DNA of 64,000 nucleotides, from the IMG/VR virus record IMGVR_UViG_3300037067_011710; one strand, 5' to 3'. The translations under genes and the position numbers were made by a program. The number at the start of each line of letters is the position of its first letter. The stretch's first letter is position 1. Origin of the DNA: an uncultured virus (IMG/VR IMGVR_UViG_3300037067_011710) (taxonomy: Duplodnaviria > Heunggongvirae > Uroviricota > Caudoviricetes). Positions 46,271-56,361 of the stretch are shown here, one piece after another. Below the pieces are notes generated by a model. That model was not told where the DNA came from, did not search any database, and saw only the letters and a program-made list of their open reading frames with translations.

Positions 46271-49200
46271 TTATTCATTAGCCGACTGCAATTCTTTTAC
46301 ATACTTGCCGTATAGCCGCTGCTGTCCTGCGGTCAGTTTATTGATACGCATTTTAGCTCTGGCACGATCAATTTGTTTTTCAGAATCCTGAAGCTTCTTT
46401 ATCGTTTCAAAGCTTCCAGGATAATCCTTTTTCAATTCTTTCTCATAATATTCTTTTACTTCAGGCACACCATCGGCAATCATTTTCTTGAGAACTTCTT
46501 TTTGCTTGTCCGCATTTTTAGTATCTCCAGCCTGCGTATAGTTGCGGATTATTTTTTTCTGCCTGATAATATCACGCTTGAATTCTGCGGGTGGAGCATT
46601 GCGTTTCTCGCGCTTTAATACCGATTCGTGCCCTCCTCCATACCACCAATATAATTCCTGACCAATAACTGGAAGAACGCGAATACTCTGAAGGTCTTTC
46701 CACGCAAAGTCATTCGGTCCCGGTGTGGTTGCTGCCTTCTGTATTTTGGTAACATCCTTTCCGATGTAGTCAACCCAGCTTATTTGAGGAGCAATTAAAT
46801 TTAAAACAGTATTTTTTATTCCATCGGTACGAAATTTCCAAGTAGTGTATCTGCTGATAAGGGCAAGTTTAAGCATGTTATCGGTCAAGTATTCTCCGAA
46901 ATTTGCCTTCCGTCGAAACAGGTAGTCCTTAAATGCATCCGTGCCAATTCCGCAGGCAACAAGGAACGCCATCAGTGTCGCTACTCTCAAGGCTGCTTCT
47001 TTGAAATCCTTCTGTGTGGTTGCCGTAGCCATCCCTCGCTTGGCTTCGTCTATAATAGCATTAAGCTGGTTTATCTGGTACGTCTTAAGTGCATAAGCAA
47101 TCCTACCCCTCGGCATGTCCAGGTACGCCTGGGGCACTTGTAGGAGCGTTACAGGCTGAAATTTGCTCATCTGATTCAGCATGAGAAGTTTAACGTTGTC
47201 GGAGTCAACACCGTTCGATAAATCATTAATAACGGAATCCGTCTGGTCACCAAAAATATTTTTCAAATCGTTTTTTAAATCCTTACTCAACTTTCCTGAC
47301 TTCGCCATACGCTGATACTTTCTCAGGTTAGCTTCAAGAAAAGCATTTTTGAAAATACTGTCACCCCATTTAATTCCTACTGCCTTAAACAGTTTATCAA
47401 CCGCATCAGCTATCTTGCCGGGATCTCTAAACTCTCCCGCGACATTGTCTACTCCAAGGTCTTTTACCGTGAGCCCGGTCTTACCAAACAGCGCCTTTAC
47501 CACTGCCGGTATCTCTCCGACGCCAGTGGTGTAAAATCCGAAAGCAGCATCAGCCATCTGGCTGAACATCGAGCTGAATCCGCTTCCCATGGTTGTCATG
47601 TACCCAAGGTTTTTAATAGCGGCAAACGATTTGTTTGTCGGTTTGTAATTGAAAAAGCTTTTCAGTATCCCGATAAGTTCATCTTGCTTTCGAGGGTCTA
47701 ACTTCTTATCCTTGATCAGTTGCGAAACATATTCTCCGATACTGTCATCGATGTTGTTAATTTCAAGCTCAGTGTCTTTTTGCTGTGGATCAAAGAACTC
47801 TTTTCGAGCAGCCTTCTTAATCATGCGCTCAACATATAGCGGAATGGCAACCATCGTATCTTCGAGAAGGCTGTTCATCTCGTTGCTGATAAGTTTTACT
47901 TTGCGTTCCTTTAAATTTCCCGGCTTTGCGGCGTTCATCCTGTCACTGTATCCGCGGATGTATAGATCGAGAAATTCTTCCTGCTCTTCGTCGGTCATCG
48001 TCCGGCCGATTTTCTTTTCCTTTTCTCGAATAGCCTCATCAATGCTTCCCCACTCAGGGACACCCCGTATAAAGTTCCGGTAAGCATCACGGTCCTTGCT
48101 CATGCGCGGGAAGTAGTCTTTCAAGTACCCGGTTTCATACCCTGCCGCCATGAGTCTTTTAATGAGTCCGTTGAACGTATCCCGGTAGGATTTCAGTGCC
48201 TCCTCAAAACCGTACTGCTTTGCCAACTCGTTTATTTTTTCGGTATCCGCCTGCTTGGCTGCAAGGTCGAATACCCGATAATCTGCATTCGGCATTTTCT
48301 TGAGAGCGTTGAGCAGTGGGAGAATCTTGCGTGTGGCCTTGGCGGTATCGAGCGTAATCCCGCTCACGTGCTTCTGCACCTGGTCCCTGATTACCGGGGA
48401 AATATCCATCAACCTGCCGGTAGTCGTCCGGAGTAACCACCGTGCCGTTTCTCCGGCGTTACGTTTGTTGGCGTAGATTTTTCGTATTTCCTTGGCGGAT
48501 TTCTTTTTATTGAAACCCTTGGCTTCTTCGTAGAGTTCGGGAAGGTCAGCCTCGGTCACCTTCTTGGAGAACATTGGTTGACCTTCTCCGGATTTCTTTG
48601 AGTATCGTATATCAGGGTATCCTCCAACTGCATCAATGATTTTTTTATCTACTTCTCTGGCGCTCTCTTTTCCCTCGTACTTGTCGCGACGTTTTTGGTA
48701 TTGATATTCTTCCCTGTCCTTATTTCCATGTCTATCAATCCATTCTTTTTTTGCCGCTTCTTTGGCATCAGCGTCATCGACTTTTCCCGGCACTGTGGTT
48801 TTATGGTAGTGACCATCATAATAAAATTCAATGACGGTTTTTGGTATAGCTTCTTTTTCTTTGATTATTGCCAACTCGTCCAATACTTTTTTGTCTATTT
48901 CTCCATTATAGCTATCAAACAAATTACGACTTTTTTTTGTGTCTAAAAAGTTTCTCCAGTATGAATTGTTCTTATTTTTTTCAGCCCACGAAGCAGCCTC
49001 TACAGCATTATCAACGTTATACGAATATTTCCATCCTCCGGTATCCTTTGGATTTTCAACAGTAAATTTATCGCCGTATAAATAAATTTTTTCTTTCTGC
49101 ACAGGTTCATCATATTGGATCTTTGTTTTTATATTATTCCAATCGGGTTCCCCTTTTATCGTTACTTTCTTTCTCGTATCCCCATGCAAAACGTCTCTTT

Positions 49201-52200
49201 CTTTTACTATTGGAGCTTCTTTCTTCCAATCGCCATACAAATTAGCAACGTTGTAGTTGCCAAAAATATCTTCAATTGGCATTATATAATCATTGTTTTT
49301 ACCTTTCATTAATATGGAATCAATACCCATTTCTTTAAGTGATTCAACTACATTACCATCCCCTATTTCTTCACCAATACTCGCTAAAAACATGATGTTT
49401 GGGTTATAGGCTTGTTGCCTAATCTGACTTTCCCTGCTCATCATTGCTTCTGTCTCTTCGGTAGACGATGAACGGGCCTCTATTTCTAATTCGTTTGGCT
49501 GCTTCGGATTTACAAGGGCGTCGTAATATGCATTAAAAACACCTTCAAGCCTATCCCTCTTACCTTTAAACTTCGCCCAATCGCTACCATTAGGCAAATC
49601 ATCAACCAATTTTTCTACAACATTAATAGACATCTTATAACTTAAATCAAGAGGATTTTTATACTTAACAACATAGGGAGTATCCTTTGACCCAACTTTC
49701 TTTCCGACAACAAACCAGCTTCCAATACCAAATCGATATTTCATAGGAAGTATTTCATCGGCAAATTCAGGAGAATAAACCAAAGCGGTTTTTGGAGTAT
49801 TTAATTCTTCTATTTCATTTGACTCTATACGCTTTTCTCCACTGGTTATATTTTCGATTTCATTTTCATCGTATAAGTCTTGAATCGTTCTGGTTATTGC
49901 ATCCATTCCAGCTTTTAAGTGCTTCGGTATCTCAACCCACTTTTTAAAGCCCGGTTGTTTTTGAATTGATTTAAAAAGGTCCTCCTGAAATCGTTGCTTC
50001 AATTGATCTGGAACTTCGGGATCGTCGTAATCAACTGTCGTTGCGGAAAGCTCTAGTTGTATTTCATCGAGCCTGTCCTTTTCTTTTTGAGAAAGTTTTG
50101 TTCTCCATGAAGTAAGGAAATCGTCGCCGCCAAGCCTTCTTTGTCCCGCCTCCATTATTTGTTGAGCTTCATTTTTTAAAATGTACGAAGTAGGCATTCC
50201 CTGTAATTTTTTTATTTTATAAGAAAGTTCTCTCCATTCATCCGATTCTTCTGAAGTGAGGTTATCCATCCAATCTTCATTGTACATAACATTCATTCGC
50301 TTAAAAACGCCCTGTTGAATGTCATACATTCTTTTTTCGAGAACATCTATTTCCTTTTCAGTTTCCGGCCCCCACTTAAAACGTCTCGAAGCCGCCATGC
50401 GCTGCTCCCCGGTCGCCTGTTCCCCGCCATACTCCCGGAGAATACCCTTCAGTGTATCGCGCAGTCCTTCTACGTCCTCAACGTACTGCGCGTACCTCTT
50501 TGTGTCCTTGCGGCCTGTAAAAGCCTTGGCGAGCCTGTCGAGTATCTCAATGAGTTTATTGATAAACGCTTGAAGTATGGTCTTGTCTTCGGCAATCGAT
50601 TTCCAGAAATTCGGTTCGGCCATCATCTCGCCGGCAATGTCGGCCATCGTCTCGTCGCGGCCTTTTCGCGCTACCAGTTCCGCACCCTTCGGTGTAAGTT
50701 TTACGGCGTCCCAGAATGCAGCTGTATAATCAGGGTTCTGCTGAATGAAGTGGGCAAATTCGTGGTAGGCAACAAACTGAATAGGCTTCTCTGCGGTTGT
50801 GGAAATGAAGATGCGGTTCGCCACTTCGGGCACCTTCGCGCCCTTGATCATGAATCCATCAAAGGCGTACCCGAGATCCCGTTGAAGCTGCCGGTCGTCT
50901 ACGTCGAGCCAGACAACCTCTTTACCGGTTACCTTTTTTATGACTTCGGAGAGTTCTTTCTGCTCTGCGGTTCCTTCGACAATGCGGATGGCTCCCGGTG
51001 CTGGCTTTTTTCCTTCACTGGCATAAACAGCTCTTGCCACTTGTTCCTCATCACGAGTAGGGGCTGTTGATTCTTTGGTCTGCCTTTCACTTGGCTTCCT
51101 CTTTTTGGAGAAGCGAACGTCCTCACCGCTCAGATACGCCTTGATGTAACCTTCTGGGATAATGCCCTTACCGCGGGGTCCACTTGAAAATTCGTCGCGC
51201 ATCATACGCCGGGCAATCTCTTTGCCGAACAGTTTGCTGAGTGTTTCCTGGTTCCACTCGGCCTCACCGTTTTTCTCGGTGTACCCGGTGCCTGTTTTTA
51301 TGGAGTAGGTGAATCTTTCGCCTGCGGCATAGCGGTAAAACTCTATCTGTTTGACGCCCTTGAGCTTTCTTTCGTCGGCTGCGGATACCGAACTAAAATT
51401 TCCGGCTTTGGTACGAATAGATTTTCCTCGCTGATAGGATATCTCGTCATTGAATTCTCGTTTGAAATTATCGTAAAGTCGTCGGGTTTCTTCATGATCG
51501 CCTTCTTTGATAGCCGTTTCGAGATCGGCTTTATACCTGTCCGCCAGATAGTAATATACTTCCTCTTTGGAATTTTTGAAGGATTCTCCGTCATCGAGTG
51601 CATCAAACCTGTCTTCGGTGATACCACCGAATAGTCGGGTAAGTACTGGTTCTAGGTCCTTTGCAGCAATCAGGTCATCAACGATAACTTCCTGTTTCTT
51701 TGAAGACTTACTCGGTGTTTCCTGTGCAAAAAGATCGATCTGGTCGGGATTCTCATATCGCTTCAAAAAAAGCGTTTGCTGACTGCCTTCGATATTCTGA
51801 TTCTCGAACATAGGCAACCCGGACATATCTGCTTCCCCGCCACGTCTTCGTTGTATCCGGCCTTTCACTTCAGCGCGTTCGATGCGCTTCTTTTCTTCAC
51901 TCTCAATTTCTGACAGTGATTTTTCTCCGCCGAATACGTTTTGCTGCATCGGTTCTTTTTTGGAGAACATCACTTTCCCACTCGTATCTCTCGCCATTGT
52001 AATCTCATTGTAAACATCATCAACGGTCTGGTTGTAGAGCAAGCGGGGAGCAATGGCAGTAAGTACCTTCTGTGAGACTTCAGTACGCTTACCTGCCTTT
52101 ATGTCAGCTACCGCGGTCTTTGCTTCATCCTCGGTAATCCCGGATGCCTCAGCAAGGTCTACGGATGCAGCGCGGTCGATAAGCTGAACCACGTTGTTGT

Positions 52201-54736
52201 GCAACTTGGTCGCCGTCTTACCTTCGACCAATCCTTTTTTGATGTAACGATTGAGAATAACGTCGGTCACTCGGGTGTGAAGCTTTGAAAACGGCTTCGT
52301 CTTTGGAAATTCCACCTCAAGTTTTTTAAGGTCTTCCGGGCCTTTGATTATCGGTTCTTTCTGAGTAGGAGCCGTCACGGTGGGCGGCTCCAATGTTTCA
52401 CCTTTTAACAGGGCTTCGGCTTGCCCTTCGGGCCTTTCGGCGGTCGTCCTCTCGGCATTTGCCCCTCCTTTCTTGCTTTTAAGGTAAGATTTAATTCTCT
52501 CAACGGTATCACCTGGGTTAATGGTAACCGGTATTCCGTCTTCGGTTTTAAACTGGTAAGTATTCTCTGTCGTATACGCTCCACCCTGCTTTGGCTGGCC
52601 GATGATCGGCTTGCTTCCAACATATTCAAGACCCCCCACTTGTCCGGCGATAGATTTTGCTACCGCTTCGGGATCTGCCTGGCGTACGTCGGCAATCTTT
52701 TTCTTCAACTCTTCAAGTCCACCTTCGCGTGTGATATTCACGTTGCTGCCGGTAAATTCATCCCGGAAAGTCATGGTTGGCTGAACTGCCTTACCCGGTC
52801 GGGCAATCCCCTCCTGTGCTCCGCCGTACTTTATGCCATCGATCTGCTTTTCGAGTTCCGGGCCGAGCTTATCAAACTCTTCGTTTTTGTTGAGGATTAT
52901 TCCACGTTGTTTCCGTTCGACTTCAGGCAGCGCCCCTCCCTCATACTGCCTTCCGCCGATCGATCGCCCTTCTTTGCCGTATGCTGATACCTCCCCAACT
53001 TCTTCTTTTGAAAGCTTCGACACGTCGGCCTTGGGTATTCCTTGCGCACGGCGTAGTACCTCCTTGGCTTCTTCTCCGGTAATACCCTCTACGATAGCCT
53101 GCTTCTCCTGGGCTGTCCCTGCTGCCTTCAGGCGTTCAACCATGCCAACTATACGATTCTCGTCAAGAGGTTCAATTACTTCGACGTTCGCTTCTGCTGG
53201 AGCTTCAGGAGCCCCCGCTCCTGCATCGTCCCGTAGATGTACGCCTTTCGCTTGTTCCCCACCAAGCCCAGCCTGTCCGCCTGTCGCTCCAATTTCTGTT
53301 CTACCTTCTTCGGCATTTGGTCCTCCTTTTGGATATTGCATTGCTGAAAAATCTTTTTCAACTTCGGATATCGGTTTCTGTGACGATGCTGGCGCTGCCG
53401 GTTGCTCTATCTGCTTACCCTGAATTGCTCCTATGCCCTTGGCGGCGGCACCGGTAACCCCACGGATAGCCCCGCCGCCGATCGCCCCGAAGTATGCCTG
53501 TTCGAGTGCGCTCTTTACCGACTTGTCGAGGTCAATAGCGTCACGCTGCTTTCGGTAGAACTCCGCCTTGCCCGGGTGCTTCTTTTCGGCCTGTACGAAC
53601 GCTGCGTACTTCATGGCGTCGCTCAGCATTGCCTGGGTGAACTCTTCGCCACCTTCAGCGAGAGCACCTATCCCAACGTCTCCGAGTTCCCCGGCAATTC
53701 CCTTAAGCACCTTTTTAAAAATAAGCCCCTTGGCTTTATCGCTTACCACTTTCTCAAAGGCTTTGGTCGCAACCTTTCCCTTCATCACACCTTTCACCGG
53801 AGCAAATAGGATCTCGCCGCCCATCCGCTCTACTCCGCCGGAGAGTAGACCATAGACATCGCCGTACTTATTCAGCAAATCGGGGTCATCAAGTCCCGAC
53901 GCTTTGGCCTCGTCTATCCATCCGGTCTTTTCTACAAGCCCGGGAACGGCCACTCCTGCCACCGGAACGGCGCTGAGCAGATTGGTCGCCCCCGATTCGG
54001 CGGCAACCGTAGCGGCTGCGGTAACCGTCCTGCCAATGTTTTTAGGATTCAGAGCGTCTTTGTGCTTCAGCCATTCATGGGCATCCTGTAATTCCTGTTC
54101 GGTCTGCTGAGTTTCGGGTGTGGTCGGGCCTTTGATCTTCTCGGCTGCGCCAATCATCTTTTCACCGACAGGTTTTAGAACCTTTTCGCGGATTCCCCCG
54201 GCAATCTTCTCGGCTTGTGGTTTGGTTACCGCGAGATTCTTGTAATACTGAACGTATCCCCTCTCGGTTGCGTCGACCGGCTTTTCACCACTTTCGACAA
54301 TCGATTTTCCCATGTCGTACATGGTACGTTGATTTTCGTCCAGTTCTTCATACGTTAAGGCCTTCTTGCCTTCCCCCTGAAATTCATATCCAATACCCGA
54401 CATTACCCCGGCACCAGCTCGTCTCACATCTTTTGCAAAAGCTTTACCTACTGTTTTTGGGGTGAATCCTGCAGGGGTTACCGAAGTAGGTTCAAATGGC
54501 TCTTCGAACGTCGTTGAAGTCTGGGTAGTGGAAGGTTCGGCAACGTTCGCCGGTCGGCTTACCGTTATCGGCAAGGGTTGACCAAGTCCACTTTGCGGAG
54601 GTTCTTCAGGTTCAAACTGATCTGCGGCAGAAAATATTTCCTCAAGGTCTGCATCGGTCGGGTCGTTTTCGTCATCCCAATCAAATGTAATCTCCCTTCC
54701 GGTTTCACTATTTAATACCGTGTATTCTCGCGCCAT
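46271..54736 (-). CDS. Large polyvalent (ejection/internal virion) protein with zincin-like HExxH motif
   Basis: 2821 aa; AYHEFAH; recurrent [FY]SKK linkers; helical C-terminus; last gene of the virion operon. Confidence 0.8.
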   Translation of the reverse strand: MAREYTVLNSETGREITFDWDDENDPTDADLEEIFSAADQFEPEEPPQSGLGQPLPITVSRPANVAEPSTTQTSTTFEEPFEPTSVTPAGFTPKTVGKAFAKDVRRAGAGVMSGIGYEFQGEGKKALTYEELDENQRTMYDMGKSIVESGEKPVDATERGYVQYYKNLAVTKPQAEKIAGGIREKVLKPVGEKMIGAAEKIKGPTTPETQQTEQELQDAHEWLKHKDALNPKNIGRTVTAAATVAAESGATNLLSAVPVAGVAVPGLVEKTGWIDEAKASGLDDPDLLNKYGDVYGLLSGGVERMGGEILFAPVKGVMKGKVATKAFEKVVSDKAKGLIFKKVLKGIAGELGDVGIGALAEGGEEFTQAMLSDAMKYAAFVQAEKKHPGKAEFYRKQRDAIDLDKSVKSALEQAYFGAIGGGAIRGVTGAAAKGIGAIQGKQIEQPAAPASSQKPISEVEKDFSAMQYPKGGPNAEEGRTEIGATGGQAGLGGEQAKGVHLRDDAGAGAPEAPAEANVEVIEPLDENRIVGMVERLKAAGTAQEKQAIVEGITGEEAKEVLRRAQGIPKADVSKLSKEEVGEVSAYGKEGRSIGGRQYEGGALPEVERKQRGIILNKNEEFDKLGPELEKQIDGIKYGGAQEGIARPGKAVQPTMTFRDEFTGSNVNITREGGLEELKKKIADVRQADPEAVAKSIAGQVGGLEYVGSKPIIGQPKQGGAYTTENTYQFKTEDGIPVTINPGDTVERIKSYLKSKKGGANAERTTAERPEGQAEALLKGETLEPPTVTAPTQKEPIIKGPEDLKKLEVEFPKTKPFSKLHTRVTDVILNRYIKKGLVEGKTATKLHNNVVQLIDRAASVDLAEASGITEDEAKTAVADIKAGKRTEVSQKVLTAIAPRLLYNQTVDDVYNEITMARDTSGKVMFSKKEPMQQNVFGGEKSLSEIESEEKKRIERAEVKGRIQRRRGGEADMSGLPMFENQNIEGSQQTLFLKRYENPDQIDLFAQETPSKSSKKQEVIVDDLIAAKDLEPVLTRLFGGITEDRFDALDDGESFKNSKEEVYYYLADRYKADLETAIKEGDHEETRRLYDNFKREFNDEISYQRGKSIRTKAGNFSSVSAADERKLKGVKQIEFYRYAAGERFTYSIKTGTGYTEKNGEAEWNQETLSKLFGKEIARRMMRDEFSSGPRGKGIIPEGYIKAYLSGEDVRFSKKRKPSERQTKESTAPTRDEEQVARAVYASEGKKPAPGAIRIVEGTAEQKELSEVIKKVTGKEVVWLDVDDRQLQRDLGYAFDGFMIKGAKVPEVANRIFISTTAEKPIQFVAYHEFAHFIQQNPDYTAAFWDAVKLTPKGAELVARKGRDETMADIAGEMMAEPNFWKSIAEDKTILQAFINKLIEILDRLAKAFTGRKDTKRYAQYVEDVEGLRDTLKGILREYGGEQATGEQRMAASRRFKWGPETEKEIDVLEKRMYDIQQGVFKRMNVMYNEDWMDNLTSEESDEWRELSYKIKKLQGMPTSYILKNEAQQIMEAGQRRLGGDDFLTSWRTKLSQKEKDRLDEIQLELSATTVDYDDPEVPDQLKQRFQEDLFKSIQKQPGFKKWVEIPKHLKAGMDAITRTIQDLYDENEIENITSGEKRIESNEIEELNTPKTALVYSPEFADEILPMKYRFGIGSWFVVGKKVGSKDTPYVVKYKNPLDLSYKMSINVVEKLVDDLPNGSDWAKFKGKRDRLEGVFNAYYDALVNPKQPNELEIEARSSSTEETEAMMSRESQIRQQAYNPNIMFLASIGEEIGDGNVVESLKEMGIDSILMKGKNNDYIMPIEDIFGNYNVANLYGDWKKEAPIVKERDVLHGDTRKKVTIKGEPDWNNIKTKIQYDEPVQKEKIYLYGDKFTVENPKDTGGWKYSYNVDNAVEAASWAEKNKNNSYWRNFLDTKKSRNLFDSYNGEIDKKVLDELAIIKEKEAIPKTVIEFYYDGHYHKTTVPGKVDDADAKEAAKKEWIDRHGNKDREEYQYQKRRDKYEGKESAREVDKKIIDAVGGYPDIRYSKKSGEGQPMFSKKVTEADLPELYEEAKGFNKKKSAKEIRKIYANKRNAGETARWLLRTTTGRLMDISPVIRDQVQKHVSGITLDTAKATRKILPLLNALKKMPNADYRVFDLAAKQADTEKINELAKQYGFEEALKSYRDTFNGLIKRLMAAGYETGYLKDYFPRMSKDRDAYRNFIRGVPEWGSIDEAIREKEKKIGRTMTDEEQEEFLDLYIRGYSDRMNAAKPGNLKERKVKLISNEMNSLLEDTMVAIPLYVERMIKKAARKEFFDPQQKDTELEINNIDDSIGEYVSQLIKDKKLDPRKQDELIGILKSFFNYKPTNKSFAAIKNLGYMTTMGSGFSSMFSQMADAAFGFYTTGVGEIPAVVKALFGKTGLTVKDLGVDNVAGEFRDPGKIADAVDKLFKAVGIKWGDSIFKNAFLEANLRKYQRMAKSGKLSKDLKNDLKNIFGDQTDSVINDLSNGVDSDNVKLLMLNQMSKFQPVTLLQVPQAYLDMPRGRIAYALKTYQINQLNAIIDEAKRGMATATTQKDFKEAALRVATLMAFLVACGIGTDAFKDYLFRRKANFGEYLTDNMLKLALISRYTTWKFRTDGIKNTVLNLIAPQISWVDYIGKDVTKIQKAATTPGPNDFAWKDLQSIRVLPVIGQELYWWYGGGHESVLKREKRNAPPAEFKRDIIRQKKIIRNYTQAGDTKNADKQKEVLKKMIADGVPEVKEYYEKELKKDYPGSFETIKKLQDSEKQIDRARAKMRINKLTAGQQRLYGKYVKELQSANE
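53176..53316 (-). CDS. Nested 46-aa basic protein in an alternate frame of the polyvalent gene
   Basis: AAGGAGG-5 nt-ATG; MPKKVEQKLERQADRLGLVGNKRKAYIYGTM. Confidence 0.5.
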   Translation of the reverse strand: MPKKVEQKLERQADRLGLVGNKRKAYIYGTMQERGLLKLQQKRTSK

Positions 54737-55905
54737 TATCTCACGCTCTTGATTACAAATTTCGATTTCTTTGTTGGTGTCGGCTGCGCTCCCGGTCGTG
54801 TGGTTACCGTTCCACCCTTTTCCTTGAGTAGCCCCTCATAGTCGCTGTTGATATCTTGAAGGTCTTTAAGTTGAAACTTCAATTCGTTGAGTTCTTCAAG
54901 AAAACTTTGGGTATCTTCCTGAGAAATAAGCGGCATAAACGTATTGGGATCGGTTTTGCCGGAATTTGTTTTCAGGTTCGTTTCAAGAGCTTTTATCTTC
55001 AGCTCAATATTAAGCCGGTCAACTTCGTTTTTAGACTGTGACTTGAGAATATCACGCCGTTCGTCGCTGGTCAATCTGTTCTGCTGAATAGATGCTCTCC
55101 ATGACGCTATCCGGTTACGTTCAGCGTCATTTAATGCCTTCTGTGCTGCTGCTGCTTCAAGACGTTTATTTATTGCAATCTGATTAGCCGTCTGTTGTGC
55201 CTTTATTGGTCCTTCCATTCCTTTTACCGGCTGTTCGCCTATGGCTTTATACGTCTGTGCTTGTGTTTGGCCGGGAACAAATTTACCCATTTGCCTCGCG
55301 TACTGTTCGGCTTCGGCAGTTTGCATCTGAGGACCAAGTTGTTCTTTGGTCACCCCGTATTTCTGGCCGATCGCTTCTACCTCGGTAGGTGTGACAGGTC
55401 CCTTATCTGCTGTACCTTTGGCACCAATGGCCTGTAACGTTTCGGGTGTCATACCCTCTTTGTAAACACCCATCTTATCGACTTCGGTATCGGGAGTAAC
55501 CTTACCCTGTGATCGCGCTTCGATGTCACCAATTGCCTGTTGAATTCTCTTTCTGGCAGCGATTTTATTGTAGCCTTCAAGCGCTTTTACTATACGGGTA
55601 TTGTATTCCGGCCCTTCCACTTTTCCCGGCTTAGCTATTTTTAGAAACGTTGATTTGTCCATATTAAAAGCATCTGAAAACTCATCGTCAGGAATATCCT
55701 GTACAAAAGCGCTTACTTCGGAATAAACCTGCCCATTGGTTACCTGTCCCTCTTTGATGGCGTCGTTGAAAAGCTGCATCTTCTCGTATTCCATTTTTTG
55801 CTGCGGATATTTTGCAATCCTGTCGGCAAGGTCTATTCCGAGAGACGCTATCCAATCGTACTGAGGAACAAATTGAGCTGTATTATGGCCGTAGAAATCG
55901 CCCAT
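54736..55905 (-). CDS. Putative ejection/internal virion protein
   Basis: Helical Gln/Ala-rich 389 aa directly upstream of the polyvalent gene. Confidence 0.55.
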   Translation of the reverse strand: MGDFYGHNTAQFVPQYDWIASLGIDLADRIAKYPQQKMEYEKMQLFNDAIKEGQVTNGQVYSEVSAFVQDIPDDEFSDAFNMDKSTFLKIAKPGKVEGPEYNTRIVKALEGYNKIAARKRIQQAIGDIEARSQGKVTPDTEVDKMGVYKEGMTPETLQAIGAKGTADKGPVTPTEVEAIGQKYGVTKEQLGPQMQTAEAEQYARQMGKFVPGQTQAQTYKAIGEQPVKGMEGPIKAQQTANQIAINKRLEAAAAQKALNDAERNRIASWRASIQQNRLTSDERRDILKSQSKNEVDRLNIELKIKALETNLKTNSGKTDPNTFMPLISQEDTQSFLEELNELKFQLKDLQDINSDYEGLLKEKGGTVTTRPGAQPTPTKKSKFVIKSVR

Positions 55906-56360
55906 TAACCCATCCTTGTCGGGGTGCTTTTTCCATATAGAGAAGAAATAAATTGTTGCATGTCAACACCATTCTTTGAAAGCATACTCAGTGAAGTCCC
56001 GAGATTGGCGATCGATGATTTATTCGCTACCTCACGGTTCATCATTTTTTCGTAACTGAATTGATTCTCATTCAGCTTCAATTGACGTTTCTTCAATCCA
56101 GTCTGTATTGCCTGTTCTTTCAGGGTATCACTCCTGGCAATTCCTGCAAGCTCTAGAGATTGTTCTCCTGCCTTTTTTTGCGCCCTGTTACTGGCTACTC
56201 CCGCAGCAGTGGTTGCCGTAGCTGCTATAATGGCAGCAATAATGGCGCTTATTCCAAAATCAGCATACAAAACACCTTCTGGTGGCTTATCGAATATTAC
56301 AAGTGCTACTGCCGACAAAAAAAGAATATTTAAAAAAATATCTTTAACTGTAACTTTCAT
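55905..56360 (-). CDS. Putative small ejection protein with hydrophobic N-terminus
   Basis: ISAIIAAIIAATATTAAGVASNRAQKKA. Confidence 0.55.
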   Translation of the reverse strand: MKVTVKDIFLNILFLSAVALVIFDKPPEGVLYADFGISAIIAAIIAATATTAAGVASNRAQKKAGEQSLELAGIARSDTLKEQAIQTGLKKRQLKLNENQFSYEKMMNREVANKSSIANLGTSLSMLSKNGVDMQQFISSLYGKSTPTRMG

Positions 56361-56361
56361 A

